A stretch of DNA of 61,718 bases, the filler included, from Choristocarpus tenellus KU-1152 (Eukaryota > Protista > Phaeophyceae): the NCBI GenBank assembly GCA_964200185.2. It is 10 parts of 10 records of this genome, joined end to end, with 100 filler letters (N's around TTAATTAATTAA, not from the genome) between each part and the next. Parts side by side here need not be neighbours in the genome. Positions count along the whole stretch, not along the records: positions 12,429 to 16,566 come from CAXNAD020016031.1; positions 16,667 to 20,538 come from CAXNAD020017463.1; positions 20,639 to 28,956 come from CAXNAD020004862.1; 7 more parts are not named here. One strand, 5' to 3'. The translations under genes were made by a program, and so were the position numbers. Below, piece by piece: positions 12,943 to 26,830 of this stretch; position 1 is the first letter of the stretch, and every line of letters begins with the position of its first letter. The notes under the pieces are model-generated. The model was given only the letters and a program-made list of their open reading frames with translations, made no database searches and was not told the origin of the DNA.

Positions 12943-15900
12943 CGTGACCTCTCACTTCCAGTCAAGGCTCTCTCAAATGCGAAGTCTGGGTGATATGGTA
13001 TATCGAAGTAAAAAACCGCTCCTTGGACTCTGTTGTTGTGCACTCCTACCTCACCCTTGAGAGCAGAGACCTGGAAAATATCCACAAGACTTTTGTTGTC
13101 TTGTTAGTGTTGTCTTTCAGATGCCCAAGTGTGTGGACTAGGGGATACTAGAAAACAATCTCATCAATGGGCCAAGTATGCCTTTGGTTGATTGGAATGT
13201 AAAAATGTGTATATAGAGCTATCTAGATGTAGGATGTGTAGACACAGTATCCACAGTCGGTCTACTGCTGCAAGGAATCTCCTCTCCCCTCAGTAGGCTT
13301 GCAGTATATATGCTACATACAGCTTGAATAGTCCTTTGAAAGCAAGCCAAAGTCGTTTTAGATCAGACAAGCCAAAGACAAAAAGTCAATGTCAATGCCA
13401 ATAGCATATGCATGAAACTTTGATCTGAGGCACCAACCTTCAACTTGACTCCCCAGAGTCCCAGTCCTGTCCCACCCGCAAAGCTCTGCAATTGTGAGAA
13501 GGGTTTGAAGAGCTTCTCCTTGCAGGCGTTAGATACACCAATGCCAGTGTCCCGGACCTCAAACCGGATAGAGTCTTGAGTTACCTGGACCCAGGTGTCA
13601 AGAGTTTCGCTTGGAGGTGCCAGAATTGCTAGTTCCAACTCAGATTGGTGACAGGCATGCCAATCGATCTATTGTTATGAATTGAGAAAGATGACTGCAT
13701 TTTGAGTTACCTACTACTTGATGTATAATAATACAGGGAAGTACTCCAGGGTATTTCTTTAGTGCTCTTTCGATGAGTTTGGTCACTTCTTTCTAACCTT
13801 GAAGACATTGCACTCAATTGTCCCCTCCTGAGTGAATTTCACTGCATTGCTCAGGTAGTTTACCAGGCACTCCCACAGAAAATTCCCATCCTGAGAGGAT
13901 GGACATTGTATTATCATTAGGTTAAGGCTTACTTCACATTTCAGAAGTGAAGTGTATACCAATAATAGAAGAATTTACAACTAATACTATCTTACAATTC
14001 CTTGTAGTTGACACAAGGTGGCCATGCCAGGTAGATGTTCCATGTGCACCAAGTATTATGTAATACTTAGTCCAAAACCTTCCCATCAAGATGGACAATA
14101 CCATTCAACTTGCTCGTGCATGGATGAGACACGGAAGCACTCACTACTCACTGTGATAATGTACTTGGCGATGGTAGCGTCAACTTGGTATGACATCTGT
14201 ACAGAGCTTGAAATGTTCATCCCTGCAATGATCAGTCTACACTTTGTCTCCACCAGTGCACGCACATCAGTTGGCCTCAATCGTGGGTGCACCATCTGCT
14301 AAATTCGGGATCAAGCATCAGGAATTTCATTCAGTGAAGCTTACTGAGTGTCTTGATCATTGAGATCGTACGTTGCAGGTCTTTGCAACTGCAAATTCTT
14401 GGCATGTTTTCATCATAAGTGCCAGTGTTTTTGCGAATTTATGCTCTATGCAGCATTAGAATAGTCAGGTTTTGGATACTTGTATCTTATCAAAGCTCAG
14501 CTGTAACACTTTCAAGATGGAGGCTGGTGACCTAATCATTTCTTCAGTTCCAGTTTCAACACAACAAGAGTGATCTGAGTATGCCCCCATAGGCACTGAC
14601 TGGACTGAGAAGACAGTGGTGTAATGTATTTCAGGATATGCTATGTGTGTGAACCATGTGACTAGTGGGATCTGCACAAAACCAAATATGTTTCAAAACG
14701 CTCTGCATACTTACCATGATGGGATATGTAGCTCCAATCCACAAGGCTGTATGTGGACCATGAACCTTGTAGTAGGCTCCGTAGTGTAAATGTTATCAAA
14801 TGTGCTGGATCTCTCACTTCGATTATTCACTTTATGGTTATCATGGTTATCATTGGGGCGTAAAAAAGACTGAACAACGCCTCCTTCTAAGTTGGTGGCC
14901 TCACAATGACGAATAAAAATAGTAAAGAAGTACATATACATATATATAGAATCTAGGACTTCAAGGTCATATTGGCGTTTATCAAACCGCTATTAAGATG
15001 TATCACCTGTAATAAATAGACTGTTTATCCCACCCTGTCATAGTGCTTGCAGAAGCCAACACTACAAAAAAATGTAAAACCTACAAATGGAGAATGCAAT
15101 GCCTATAGTAGCTCTGTTGCATCCCGTGCGCACTGGCAGAAAACACAACCAATTGGCACAACAACACAGGCGGAGGCAAGATTTGAGCATAAAGAAGAAT
15201 CAGAAGAAAGGAGTAGTAGGACAGCTGACCTGACCAGCACGATACTTTGCGTAGTCTATAGCTTTTCGCTGTGTCAGGGTCATAAGTTCCACAGCAAATT
15301 CGCACGTGCGGATAGCCTCAGTATGCTCTGGGCCCATGAGAGGTAAGGAGCGCAGACTCTCGATGGCCAATGCAAATGTTGTCAAGGGCGTCCCAATGTC
15401 ATGGAGCTGTTTAGGCAATTATAATGTGATGTATTGTTACCTTGTGATTATCTGATTGCGAGGTTAGTAAGATTAGTTGTGTCTCTTGATCTAAGTAAGT
15501 ATTTTGATGTAAACTATGACAAGGCTCAGTCGGTGTCTAACTAATCTTTGGAAAATTGCAAATTTTTATGCAAGCATTTTCCTTTGTCTGCTGTTATCAA
15601 ACAAGGTAAGCTGTTTGCTTCAGGCTGCTTGAATTATTTCCTCCCTTGACTGACTCCAGCTTCAGTCGGGTTAGTATGATAGCTACATTTCGCCCACATC
15701 CCATCACTCAACTCACACACACACACGTTCGTTCTCTGTTCTTTGCACTAAACTATCCAGACGTCACTGTCTCCATCATCAGTTGATGATTGAGTTAGTT
15801 CAAAATGCTCGAGGTCAAGCTTTGAGCAAATGGACATAGTGTTTCCTTGCTTCTGACCTCCACTGCCAAATTGCCCACAGGGCATTTTTATTTACTGTGG

Positions 15901-16232
15901 CATCATATTTGTATTTTTTGTGGCACTGTAGTGTCATGAATGAAATAAAGGAATGGTTGCTATCATATATTATTTACATGCGTGGCTGGGGCAGAAAGTA
16001 GAAGCAAGGGGAATGCATAGTAGGTGCTAGCAAGTCAAGAGAGCTAATATATCCCTCCCCCCCCAAATATATGACTAGTTGGTTTTAATGCCAGCTTAAT
16101 ATGACTCTAAAGTACGTACTACTTCAGAGGTCGTTTTAATGATCAAGGTTCCGAAAGAGGGTGCCAGCTCACCGTGTGAGCCATGTAGTGAACTTGCTGC
16201 TGTTCTGCTGCCTTGTCAATTTCATCCTGCAT
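12943..16232 (-). CDS. Sensor histidine kinase (HisKA + HATPase_c), partial
   Basis: Exons joined by phase-0 introns: 16232-16173 (MQDE...HYMAHT), 15406-15230 ([12 protein letters not shown]-box), 14295-14152, 13890-13798 ([21 protein letters not shown]-box), 13584-13438 ([10 protein letters not shown]...LFKPFSQ...GGTGLGL, G1/F/G2 boxes), 13070-12943 ([10 protein letters not shown]). Both ends unresolved. Confidence 0.9.
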
Positions 16233-18835
16233 CTGAAGCACATAGGGATTAGGATGATGATGTGGTCAGCTTTGATGTGGCCGACTTTTACGTGACAGAC
16301 TTGAAACGAGTACGGAGGGATGTGCAGCTGGGTGGCTGTGCAACACGAGTGATGGCGGCAAAGGAGCTTGGACATCCTATCTATACTCCTGACGGAATAA
16401 GGCACAGCACATTTTATACCTTCTGGAAGTCGTAATGCAGCTTCCTAAAGGCAATCCCACTTAATAGAGAGTCGAGAAACTTATCTTTCTAACTTGCCAA
16501 CATGTGTTACTTACGTGGAGTGGCAACGAGCAAAGATGACCCAAATTATCTGTGAGGGGGGGGGGGNNNNNNNNNNNNNNNNNNNNNNNNNNNNNNNNNN
16601 NNNNNNNNNNTTAATTAATTAANNNNNNNNNNNNNNNNNNNNNNNNNNNNNNNNNNNNNNNNNNNNGTTCCCCCCCTTGCCCGTGCCTATCTCGAGAGCC
16701 TCCATTCCCATCCTCGATCGCCTCCACCTCATCCCCATGTCATAATGGTGTTTATGAAACCGCCATCAAGACATATAGCCTGTAACAGAACTACTACACC
16801 TCACTGTTTTCTGATGAATTGATTTAACTCTAACCCTACCCAGCTCCTTCGACGCAGGTAATTAGCCCTCGCCTCCCTCGTCGCAAGATAGATACGTACA
16901 GAGAGATCTGTCGCCAGGTTTCACCTTATGCAATAGTGTGCAAGGTAGGCTGACGTAGCGGTTACGACCTCGAATGGCTTGCGCTATCATTACGTTGTTA
17001 AAACATAGGCTACTCATCTGTTTGTTCCTTGATACGATAGAGTTCCACCAGTCAACACTGACTGTTGATCGGTCTGTTACATTCAGGACGTTACTTTCAC
17101 AGTTTGTCATCACCACATCAACTACAGTCAGAACACCTTAGTACAGAACAGTCGCTCTGTGTTCCACACAAATAGTATAGTAAAGTGTACGTCACTTGAG
17201 CTGCGTCACATATTGTTTCAATTTTGTTCTGTTGATCTGTTGTTTGTTTTTCGTTAACTCTTTCTTCTTATCAGCAGAAGATGACAGTTGCACATTGATG
17301 GTTGATTATCATTTCTTTCGTGACTGCCATTGATCCCTCAAATTGCATCAACGTCACTCTGCAAACTGTGTATCAAACACACACATGGATGTAATANNNN
17401 NNNNNNCCTCTCCACAGAGCATGGACTTCTTTCGTTGAGTATCACATGAAAGAACACTGAATTTACATCACATCATTCTGGATTGAGCAACAAAGAATAC
17501 TGAATTCACATCGCACATTCTTGACTGAGAGATCAATGACCTCAGTTACAACAGAATAAATACACCGGTGCTTTGCAGCACAATCACACCTACCCATAAT
17601 ATAGACTACGCATATCACTCATCGATGCTTTGCAACACCATGATTCCTCATCACTAGTAGTCTACGTATTTTGCTTACATGTACGATGCATTCGATTCAG
17701 GTTTCAAAAGGTTATGAGCCTCACACGATTCCCCTTCGCAAAACGTGATTCAGGTTTCAATATACGGCTTGCCACCGTGGCTTCGTGTTTCTGTAAGGAA
17801 GTTGTACTTGTAAAGCATGCACGACGCACATCGAGAAACTTGGTTTCGTCCTAAACCAGGTCAACGCTTGATTTCTGCTCTATTGTCGAGTAACGTTGCC
17901 TCTCTTCTGCCGCCACTTCGTACTACTGGAGTATATTGTCTTAGCTCCCCCCCCTCCATCCACAAAAAAATACTCTCTACATCCAACGTAAGGAGGACCG
18001 CATCACAGCGAACACTCTCACGGCGACGATACCGAGTTTGACGCGTTTCCTTGGGAATTGAGGATGGTAAAAATGCTGGCTAAGGCCCTGCTCTCCTTCT
18101 CCAAGTCCAAGGTGGTAAGGATGTGGAGGCTGTTTCATCCACAGTAGCCGGAGAAGCCGCGGTTGTGATACCAGGCTTGGCTTGAAGCCTTCTTCTTCTG
18201 CAAGAGGCGAGGGGATTCGAGTAACCTGTTGGTATTATGACGGGAATGTATATTGTGGTTGCTGAAAAATCTTGCCAGCGAGACTAATGATAATCCTTCC
18301 ACCTACTCGCCCGCACGCCATCTGTCCAATCGACTTCTCCAAGAAATCCCTGACGGTCTACGAGGAGTACGACCTCCACGAATGTTCTGCCCGGATCGTC
18401 GGCCGTGCACCTGGAAGGAGGCAATGAGGCGTCGTCAATAAACAGAATTGGACGTCGTTCCCACCACAATCATTGTGGTTCTCGTTCTGCTTGTGACAGT
18501 GGTGCGACTGTGGCGTCGTGTGGGTTCCAGATGGCGCCCAAGGTGGCACCTCAGCAACCCTCGCAGGCAGCAACAACCACATAGGACAAATGGACGGGTA
18601 GGAGAGGTGAGCTAACCAACACCACAAAGTGACTTTGTACGAATCCACTGGTGCTGTGACTCTCTGACTCGGCAGAGGTTGGTTCAAGCCTTTGGTAAGA
18701 ACAGTGCAAATTCCAATTGTCAAATTTCGATGGTCAAATTTCAAATATCAAAATTATAATTTAGGACTTGGGATTGGAAGCAACGAGGATCTCCAAGGAC
18801 AAGGTTCGTCCCTTCTCTTGTTTCTGATGCTGCAG

Positions 18836-19560
18836 GCAATACCGCGACCGCATTGCCTGCATTCCTCCATGGCGTTCCTCCCATAGCTGTTCTGCTCTGC
18901 TGCCAATGGTGCAGCCCTTGAGGCCACACCACATCGCTTGGTTTTACACCTCATGCGATACCTGCATGTACTACTTCGAAGTAAGTTCTTTCACTCTAAC
19001 ACACAAGTATTCCTTCCTCCCCCTACATGCTTGCCCCCTTTTCAGCATCAGATTGAGATGGCAACGACTACATACTCTGAGCTGGAGTCAAGGGTGTGGG
19101 GGCAGCTTGCCCTTGCACAAGATATACCATTGACAAGAACAACACCCTGTCGATTCCCTTTTCTAGCACTTCAGCTAAAAAACGCCACGATCAAGGTGTG
19201 TAAGATCAGGGCTTGGCCCTGTACTTCATGCATGCATGATGCCGTCCTCTGCATTTCAAGCAACCATGTACACCCTTGTCGTTGACTCCTCTGCCAAAAT
19301 ATACTCCATGACATGAGTGTGGTCTGCACCTTTTCTTTTATGTTAATTTTTTGTTCCTTCACACTTGCCATTGATAGCTCTAAGCCCCACTCGCTCCATT
19401 TCCAGCATCAGGCAGACGCAATGAGGGAAGACTCGGAGCTTGAGGGTCGAGTGTTGGGGGAACTGGCCTTGGCGTACGCGTTGGTGCAAACAACGGCATC
19501 TCTGCTGCAAGTATTTAGACCTGCCTGCGTCCTGGACACTACCATCACGCTCTTCTAGCA
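18836..19560 (+). pseudogene. Spliced gene fragment of unknown function with two paralogous exons
   Basis: Exon-like segments: ...HHIAWFYTSCDTCMYYFE|gtaag; ttcag|HQIEMATTTYSELESRVWGQLALAQ; ttccag|HQADAMREDSELEGRVLGELALAY. Surrounding frames contain stops. Confidence 0.3.
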
Positions 19561-19724
19561 CAGTACCCACTGTGCCAAGCAAGAAGTACCTCTCGAAAAG
19601 GTCAAAGAGGTCAAGAAGCGACGTACGTGGACAGTTTGTCCTGCAATGAGCCCTGTGCAAGGTGAGTCTGGTTCTCCATCCCTCCTCCTTCACCCAACCA
19701 TCACACAAAATGCAACATATACTT

Positions 19725-20362
19725 ATCTCTCCACCAACATCACCCGTGGCAGAGAGAGGGGGTGGCACAGCGTCATCACAGAGACGGAGCAATGGAATTG
19801 TCATCTCGCCACCCACATCACCGATGGCAGAGAGAGGCGGTGCTGCTGCACCACGACGGTGTAGGGTGTTCGCAGTGCTACCTACAGACCTCAGCGTCAC
19901 CTAACCACGGGGTGTTCCTCTCATCACCAACATCACCAGAAGTGGAGAGAGGCGATGGTGTAGCGTCATCACACAGGGGCAGGGTGCTTGAGTCAGAGTA
20001 TCTTAGAGGGTAGAGCCGCGTCCATTTGGGGGTCAAAGTTCAATGTTAATATTTTGATGTAACTTTGGCTATCAAGTTTTTCATGAAGGGTCAATACCCT
20101 TGTTATGGACACATGTGTTCACAATGTATATATTTTACCGACTCCAACCCATTTTGGATTAGATCAACGATCATTAAAAACCCGTGGGAAACCAAGCCTC
20201 AAATGGACAAACAGGGGAAAACTCGTACCCTCTAAGATACTTTCAATCCTTAACTCACCATCCGTATCACCAGCGAGGAGAGAGGCGGTGCTGCAGCACC
20301 ATAAAGGCGTAGGGTGTTCACAGTGCTACACAAACATCAGTGTCACCTAGCCACGGGGTGTT
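19725..20362. repeat. Degenerate ~80-110 bp tandem repeat interrupted by MITE A
   Basis: CACC.ACATCACC...G..GAGAGAGG.G.TG recurs near 19731, 19809, 19925 and 20256. Confidence 0.7.
19990..20248. mobile_element. MITE family A
   Basis: GAGTCAGAGTATCTTAGAGGGTA ... TACCCTCTAAGATACTTTCAATC; TSD not clean. Confidence 0.88.
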
Positions 20363-20367
20363 TATCT

Positions 20368-20538
20368 GGCTCAAAGTATCTGGGGGGGGTGGCGGCTGTC
20401 CATTTGGGGTCTATTTTTTCATGTCGCGATTTTTGAGTGATTTGGTTCTATACATTGGATGGATAATGAAAGTGCACTTTTCCTTCTTTTGGTCCAAATG
20501 GACACTCTGATGTAGACCCCCCCCCCCCCCCCATTTTT
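20368..20538. mobile_element. MITE family B (right end lost at gap)
   Basis: GGCTCAAAGTATCTGGGGGGGGTGGCGGCTGTCCATTT...AAATGGACAC...poly-C, then Ns. Confidence 0.85.
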
Positions 20539-21499
20539 NNNNNNNNNNNNNNNNNNNNNNNNNNNNNNNNNNNNNNNNNNNNTTAATTAATTAANNNNNN
20601 NNNNNNNNNNNNNNNNNNNNNNNNNNNNNNNNNNNNNNGTGTATAGTTTTCATTGGTTTTCCCCTGACACATCTGCAAAATGTCAGAGGGCATAATAATA
20701 TAAATATAATACTTCTTGTTGACCTCTATCTCTCAATCAACATCTCCATAGAAAGAAAACTATTTATTCTACCGATGTTGTTGTATAATATCTTCTACTA
20801 CAATCGACCAGTCCGTACCCATCATACAATTCCCATAAAATAGTTGTTGATACTTGTTGACCTACTCTATCTAGCTAGTACCAGTGTCTGTTGAGCATCT
20901 CCATCTCACAATTTCAAGTTGCTCACAACATGTACTAAATGAGGTGAATATCCACCCCCAAAAATAGTATATTTGTTATGGTTCGAAGTACACTCATTGT
21001 ACCTCATTACGAAATCTAAACTGGTTCCACTAATTGATCAGCTGTCTTGAATGTAACGTAACAATATATACCTGGTATGCATATTGAACCGATTTGTGGA
21101 GATATATATTGATAATATGATGATATTAGTTGGGAATCCGCATCTTCCAATAGAAAAGGAAAAGAACGTTTATCAATAGAAATACCTCCTCAATACTCCT
21201 TTCAAGATTGTACTGACTATTATATTATGTACTGACTATTGTAGTACTACAAGTCGATTGTAAATGAAAATGCTACTGGTCGATGTCTCATGGTCAACGA
21301 GAGTCTGGTGGTCTCACTCAACTCTGTGCTCTACAAATCCACAGTAGCGCAATTTTCCCTCGACGTTTGCTGAAGAGTAACGCGGCTTTTCAAATCCACC
21401 CATCTACAGAGTACGACGTGCATGTGGGGAGTCCCATTGTATTCGATGACACAAGCACTTTCTCTTGATCTTCTGCCTTTCCTTGTAATCTTCTGTCGT

Positions 21500-23350
21500 G
21501 CACCAACGGAATCCCCTTGAGTGAGTATGGACATACCTCAATCAGATATAGGTGAGTAGAGATGAAATTGGCTCTTATCCAACAGTCGTACCAGTTATTC
21601 CAGGGATCCTAAAGCCCCAACTTATCCCCGGTCTACCCTTATGCACCGTTTACAGTCGCAGACGTCCTGGGTGTTGATGAGTGTGTGAAAACAGATACAA
21701 AGTTTCTGTTATCACCTCTTCCTGCACCCCTGCTTTACGCCAGCCATCCTCTCCTTTTCTGTCTTTCCGTCATCCAAGACATCACGCAATCAATTGATTA
21801 GATTCCCGAGTCTGCAAGGACCCCCAAGCCTGATTCCAGTTCCTTCATCTCCTTAGAGCATACCCTCTCATTTTTCCTTAGTCTGGGAGGGGCATGATAT
21901 GTTCTCATTGCCGACTAAGCTTTCTGTCGGCTATGCGCCAGACTAGAAGCATATATGTTGAAGAGATTTATTCTTGGCCAACATTTTCACTTTGATGGGA
22001 ACTAGCTGTGCGCGAGTTGCTATTGCCAATTGCGTGAGGAGTAAATCCTTGGCAGCATCACCGTATCGTGGCAGACTTTGTTTTGCATGCTACACCCACA
22101 CTGCTATCTCCTATCCACACCGACCTGAGTTTCTTGACGGTGTCGTGCATATGCTAGTTTAAATTTCCAACTTTTGTTGCTGAACATGTATATTTTGGAG
22201 TGAGTGGTTGTGATGTCATTGTAGCCAGGAGATCTGTGCAAAAGCTCTCATACTCGACTAGTGAGGAGCAATGGTAGCGAGCTAGAGCTCTTGCATAAAC
22301 ATGCACCACATATCTGCCCTCCACTGCTGTGGTTTTCCACAATGCTGCTGCGTCCTATCACCCTTCTCCCGGAGTTGGCGTTTAATGTTGAATGGGAGAG
22401 TGTTCTTGTAAATCAATGACTATGGCGACAATACTTCTCTATGTTAGCGGTTCAAAATTGTCTTTGCTGATCCGTAGATATTAAGGCGGGAGTTTCTTCC
22501 CGTGCAGTATCACCTGTCACAGTACCGATTGAGTTTGGACCAAGGTGTCAGGTGTGTAACACAATGGGCACGAAATTTTACACGCTCACAGGGTACGCCA
22601 ATTTTAGTGGAATGTGTACGAGAAAATAATTTACCATGTTAGAATATGTTTTAGGCACCAGAAGCACCAATAACCAAAAGGACGGAGTGCGTGCTGCAAA
22701 CTAGGGTGCATCTGGTGCGAGCTGGTGTTTGCCTTTGTACAGGTTGAAAAGGGAAAAACTTCGATGAAATGCAGGAAACTAGATAAAAGAAATAGTAATT
22801 TGATGGATTGAGGCCCTCCTTTGCTGGAACTATGGCAAGCTATACACTGACAACTGATCCCCCCACTCCACATCCAGCGGTATCAGTACTGTTTCACCCC
22901 TTGTCCCCTCTTACTTTTTTTATCCAGAAATGAGCTTTGCCTGGGCCAGACTGGTGGCCTCCTCTTTGTTGTTTGTCTTAGGCTCATGGAAGCTTGCAAT
23001 GTTTTATCGTTCCCGTAATATCCTGGACATAAGGGCGAGGTGTGTGGTCACCACATAAATTGTTGTGTTGAATTCTGGTGGATTTGTTCGCATGTTTTGA
23101 AAGCAGACTGAATGAACCTGGTGATTTCTTTTGGTAGCCATATCAACGTTCCTAATATTTTATTGCTTCTATACATCTGTAGGGACAGCTTTCTCCCAAT
23201 GATGTCACACTATACAGCATCGCTCTTACTCCTGTGTATGGGATTTTTTTCATCACCTTTTTAGCATGTTGTTCATCTATCTTTGTATCAACTTCAGGAC
23301 CTGTGGTCATTTGATAAAGGATATCACAGACCAGGCATACTGTTGACACT
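21500..23350 (-). pseudogene. Heavily decayed Ty1/Copia relic (protease/integrase-like fragments)
   Basis: Fragments resemble Copia motifs: LLVIGASGA (protease DSGA), VLHT.HLGP (integrase H.D..GP), SQPLTPKY (TPYTPQQNG), KKIPYTGVRAMLY (PY...VG.L.Y). Many stops; fragment order is not fully canonical. Confidence 0.35.
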
Positions 23351-25249
23351 CCAAATCTTTAGTTGTTTTTCTTTCCTCCTGCATAAAAGCACGCACAACT
23401 CGCAGTCCAATATATCTTCTGACACTTCGTAGGTTACACGTTTCACTCATCCCATAATGTACACTCATGTCCCCACCAAGGTCTGCTCGTTTGGTTGTGA
23501 TTTGCGGGCTGGGGATAATGTGTGACTATTTTATCCTTGCTAATGGCGCCTGCCGCATTTTGTGGGGAGTGGCTGTGGATAGCTACTTGGAGAATCTTGT
23601 GAGTGAAGGCCCAGCAGATGTTGAGTCATCTATAAAAATAGACAGGGTAATGTAACCCTGCTATCACCTAAAACGTGGGTATTGAACCAAGAGAGGTAGT
23701 AAGTGAGACAAAGAAAAGGACCCAAATATGTACTGTGGGTCAACATGTTAATGATACTCCCAACTTCGTTGTTTGGTGTGTTTCCTGCCTGAAATTAATA
23801 GTATTGAACAATTTTGATTTTCAAAACTGCGCTCTGTGTTGTTCAGATGTCATAATGCAACACCTTATTGTCAAAACACAACTGTCAATCCTACGAACAA
23901 TATTCCCAGTTGGAAAATATCTACTGAACAATATTTCAATGTCCACAAACACTCGAACATTAATTTCGTGAAAGTGTATGTAAACAATTTGTAAAGGTCC
24001 TACTACGTCACTTGAGCCTTCATTAATCTACATTATCTAAATATATATTTTCTGTGTGTAGCAATATGAAAATCCTCCACTTCGCAAATTGTATTTTATA
24101 GAATCTATTCCTTTATCACAATATGATGCCGACATTGAGCCATGCCATCTCCCTACCCTCTAGAAGATTCACACGTGAGAGTCAAGATTCGCTGATGCTT
24201 CTCAAGTTTTCCCCCTCTCCGTGCAAAGCATCCCCCACTTTGTTGTCAACCGACCTTATTCTACTATTGTAGTGAGTATTCCCCGCGTTTTTTGTTTTTC
24301 GTTGTGTTTAGTCTGGCACTTGCACTCTATTAGTACTACTTTTAACTGGCGTGTACTGTGTGGTGACTGGCTAGTTGACGGACTGGCCAAACTCTTGGCA
24401 ACTGTTGTACGTTTGTATGCTGCAGGTGAGGTACTTTGCTTTACCACTCATCATGGGCAGCTACATATGCCGCACAATTCGTCTTGTCATGCTGTACAAA
24501 CCCAAGGTGAAGCATGCCTTCCCGTGGCTCATGCCGGTGAGACTCACGAGCAACCTGCTCCCCTCGAAAAAAGAAGAAACAGTGGAAGGTTTAAATGTTG
24601 TATTTATAGAAGGTATCTTGAACAACTAACAACCGGATCCTCATTAGTTTGCAACCAAAATTGACTTAGTGATTCTCTCAGGGTGATTATCGTTGCCTTG
24701 ATGCGTACAAGCTCAACCTCAATCTGTAGAAGAGTAATGTACAGGTACCGTGTTGTATTGAAGTGTTAGCTGGGAAGGGAAGAGAGACAATACTGCGTCT
24801 CACTCTGATCCATAAGTGTGTAAACGAAGTGATACTTCTGGAGGTGAAGCAGTGTTCTCCAGCAACAAGAACGTAGATGATTTTGCAGGAGGGGAATGTG
24901 ACGCAGTTTTCAAAAGGCTACCTCTGTTTCAAGCCTATGGAGCTATTAGTTGTTACGTCTTTGATTTGAGAAAATGAGCCGGCAGTAGTTGGGGCAATTC
25001 TCACAGGCACGGCACGGAACATGTATTTGAATAGGGTGTTTGACCTAACGTCCAATTGACCCCTATCGCGTTATTTGTAATGTTTATTCGCCTACTATTA
25101 GTACATTAGCTACCTGGTCATGCCTATAGGCTTGTTGCAGGTTACATACCATGCTCCAGGCTTGACTTGCGATCAATTTGAAGTGCTTGTTGGACTTTGT
25201 AAGACCTTATCAGGTTAATAAATCTTACAAATTAAGATTTATGGTGGAG

Positions 25250-26520
25250 CGCATGTTTTGTTGCGGCATGTTGCACAAAAATTGTTACTGATCTAAGTGA
25301 GATAATATGTCTTCAATGCTTCTGAACATCATTTAGCAGATATCTTCATCAGACTGAGCAGTTGGTTGTCCAATCCAGAGTGTGGTCCGGTATATGCGTA
25401 TCTCTAAACGGACTGGGCCCAGCCTCAAGAGGTTCCTGAAATGTGAATGGAAAGCCTTTGAGGGTACTGTTGTGGCAGATGTAGAGATGCTATTCATGCT
25501 TGACTTGTGATAGACTTGAATTTAATGGAGATGAGAATTTTGATCATTTTTCGGCAATTGTGGTATTATATTTTCGCAATGGGCACGATGTGGGCACATG
25601 ATGATTTCCTTTTTGAGATCCGTAATGTATTGCGTACTATAAGTACAAGAGAGAGTTTGTATGTACTGCAGACTCGAGGGCTGTTCATAATAATATGTCC
25701 TCTTTCGGTTGCGTGAGAATATGGACTCCAAAATCAAAATGATTTCCTTCTCACTGGCTGGATAACTGTACCTTTTTCTTCTTGCTTGTGTGCCTGTGTG
25801 CAAGCCAAAACCGGGCCTACGAAAATTATGTAAATTTTCTTGATTTAGGTATGTCAACAAAAATATACAAGAATTAATTTCTGTTAAGGATGTGGATGAT
25901 TTATCAAAAGCTTGATTGCACTGCACTTTGAACAATAAAATATAAATTATCTGAACAGTTTCACTTCTGGCGACAAAACACCTCTCTTTTTTTTTTGCAG
26001 TGGAAGTGCACGGGAGAATAGAAAAAAGTGCACTGCAACTATTGTAGGCAATATTACTTTTTATTTTTGTTAGGATACACCGCCAACTAGATAGGGGTCG
26101 ACCCCCTCTCACATCATGCTTTAGGTTGTTGGGTTATGTGCTGGATTATAACCGGTTCTGTTAATAGAACTGACTTGATCGGACTCATTACCTCGTAGTA
26201 CTCTGGTTATAGATGCTGATTTATTTAGGGCGGATTGATCTACATCACTTCTCGTGGCAACTATAAAATCTCTAAAAGGTAATGTTCTTCTGTAACACTG
26301 ATATGTGGGCCCAACTCGCCAACTTACCCTCCAAATCATATCAGTGTACAGAAACCTCCAGCATATTTGTTGGTGTATTTGTTCCAGCTCTCCTGCTCCT
26401 GCCAAGGCCCACACCAAAATTGTAAAACATTTTTTGCCTGACTGCCCTAGAGGTAACTCGGCAATATTTGACTCAATCGGCGACCAGGGTTCCATCAGTA
26501 TTATTCAGAACAAGGTTTGA
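25250..26520 (-). pseudogene. Decayed Ty3/Gypsy integrase, possibly with a chromodomain remnant
   Basis: In order: EPWSPIESNIAELPLGQSGKKCFTILV (PW..I..D..LP..G..ILV), ITRVLRGNESDQVSSINRT (T.YHP..NG.VER.NRT), WRCILTKIKSNIAYNS (W..L....AYNS), and SIEDILSH. Confidence 0.5.
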
Positions 26521-26577
26521 GTTGTATGGAAGGATGATGCGTGTGCTTAACTGTGGACTTCAGCCACGACAACTTGT

Positions 26578-26830
26578 GAGTGAAAGTATTTAAAAGGGTA
26601 AGATTTTTTCCCTCTTTGCCCCTTCAGGGTTTGGCATGCCTCAGATTTTTTGCCCTCTTTCGGTTTTCTGTGTGGACACAGTTTATCTAAAATATGTACG
26701 ACTATGAAAGGTGTGTCCGGAGCAAGGATATTGACACTTTCTAACATGATAGCCGAAATTAATCGAAATCGCAACATTGGATTTATGATCCTGAACAGAC
26801 GAGGCCCTACCCTCTTAAATGGTTTGGGTC
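26578..26830. mobile_element. MITE family A, diverged, opposite orientation
   Basis: GAGTGAAAGTATTTAAAAGGGTA ... TACCCTCTTAAATGGTTTGGGTC; internal AAGGTGTGTCCGGAGCAAGGATATTGACA is the reverse complement of the family A core. Confidence 0.75.

Noticed and set aside
13363-15418. Bacterial contamination or recent horizontal transfer of the histidine kinase
   Set aside because: The gene is split by canonical spliceosomal introns like its neighbours.
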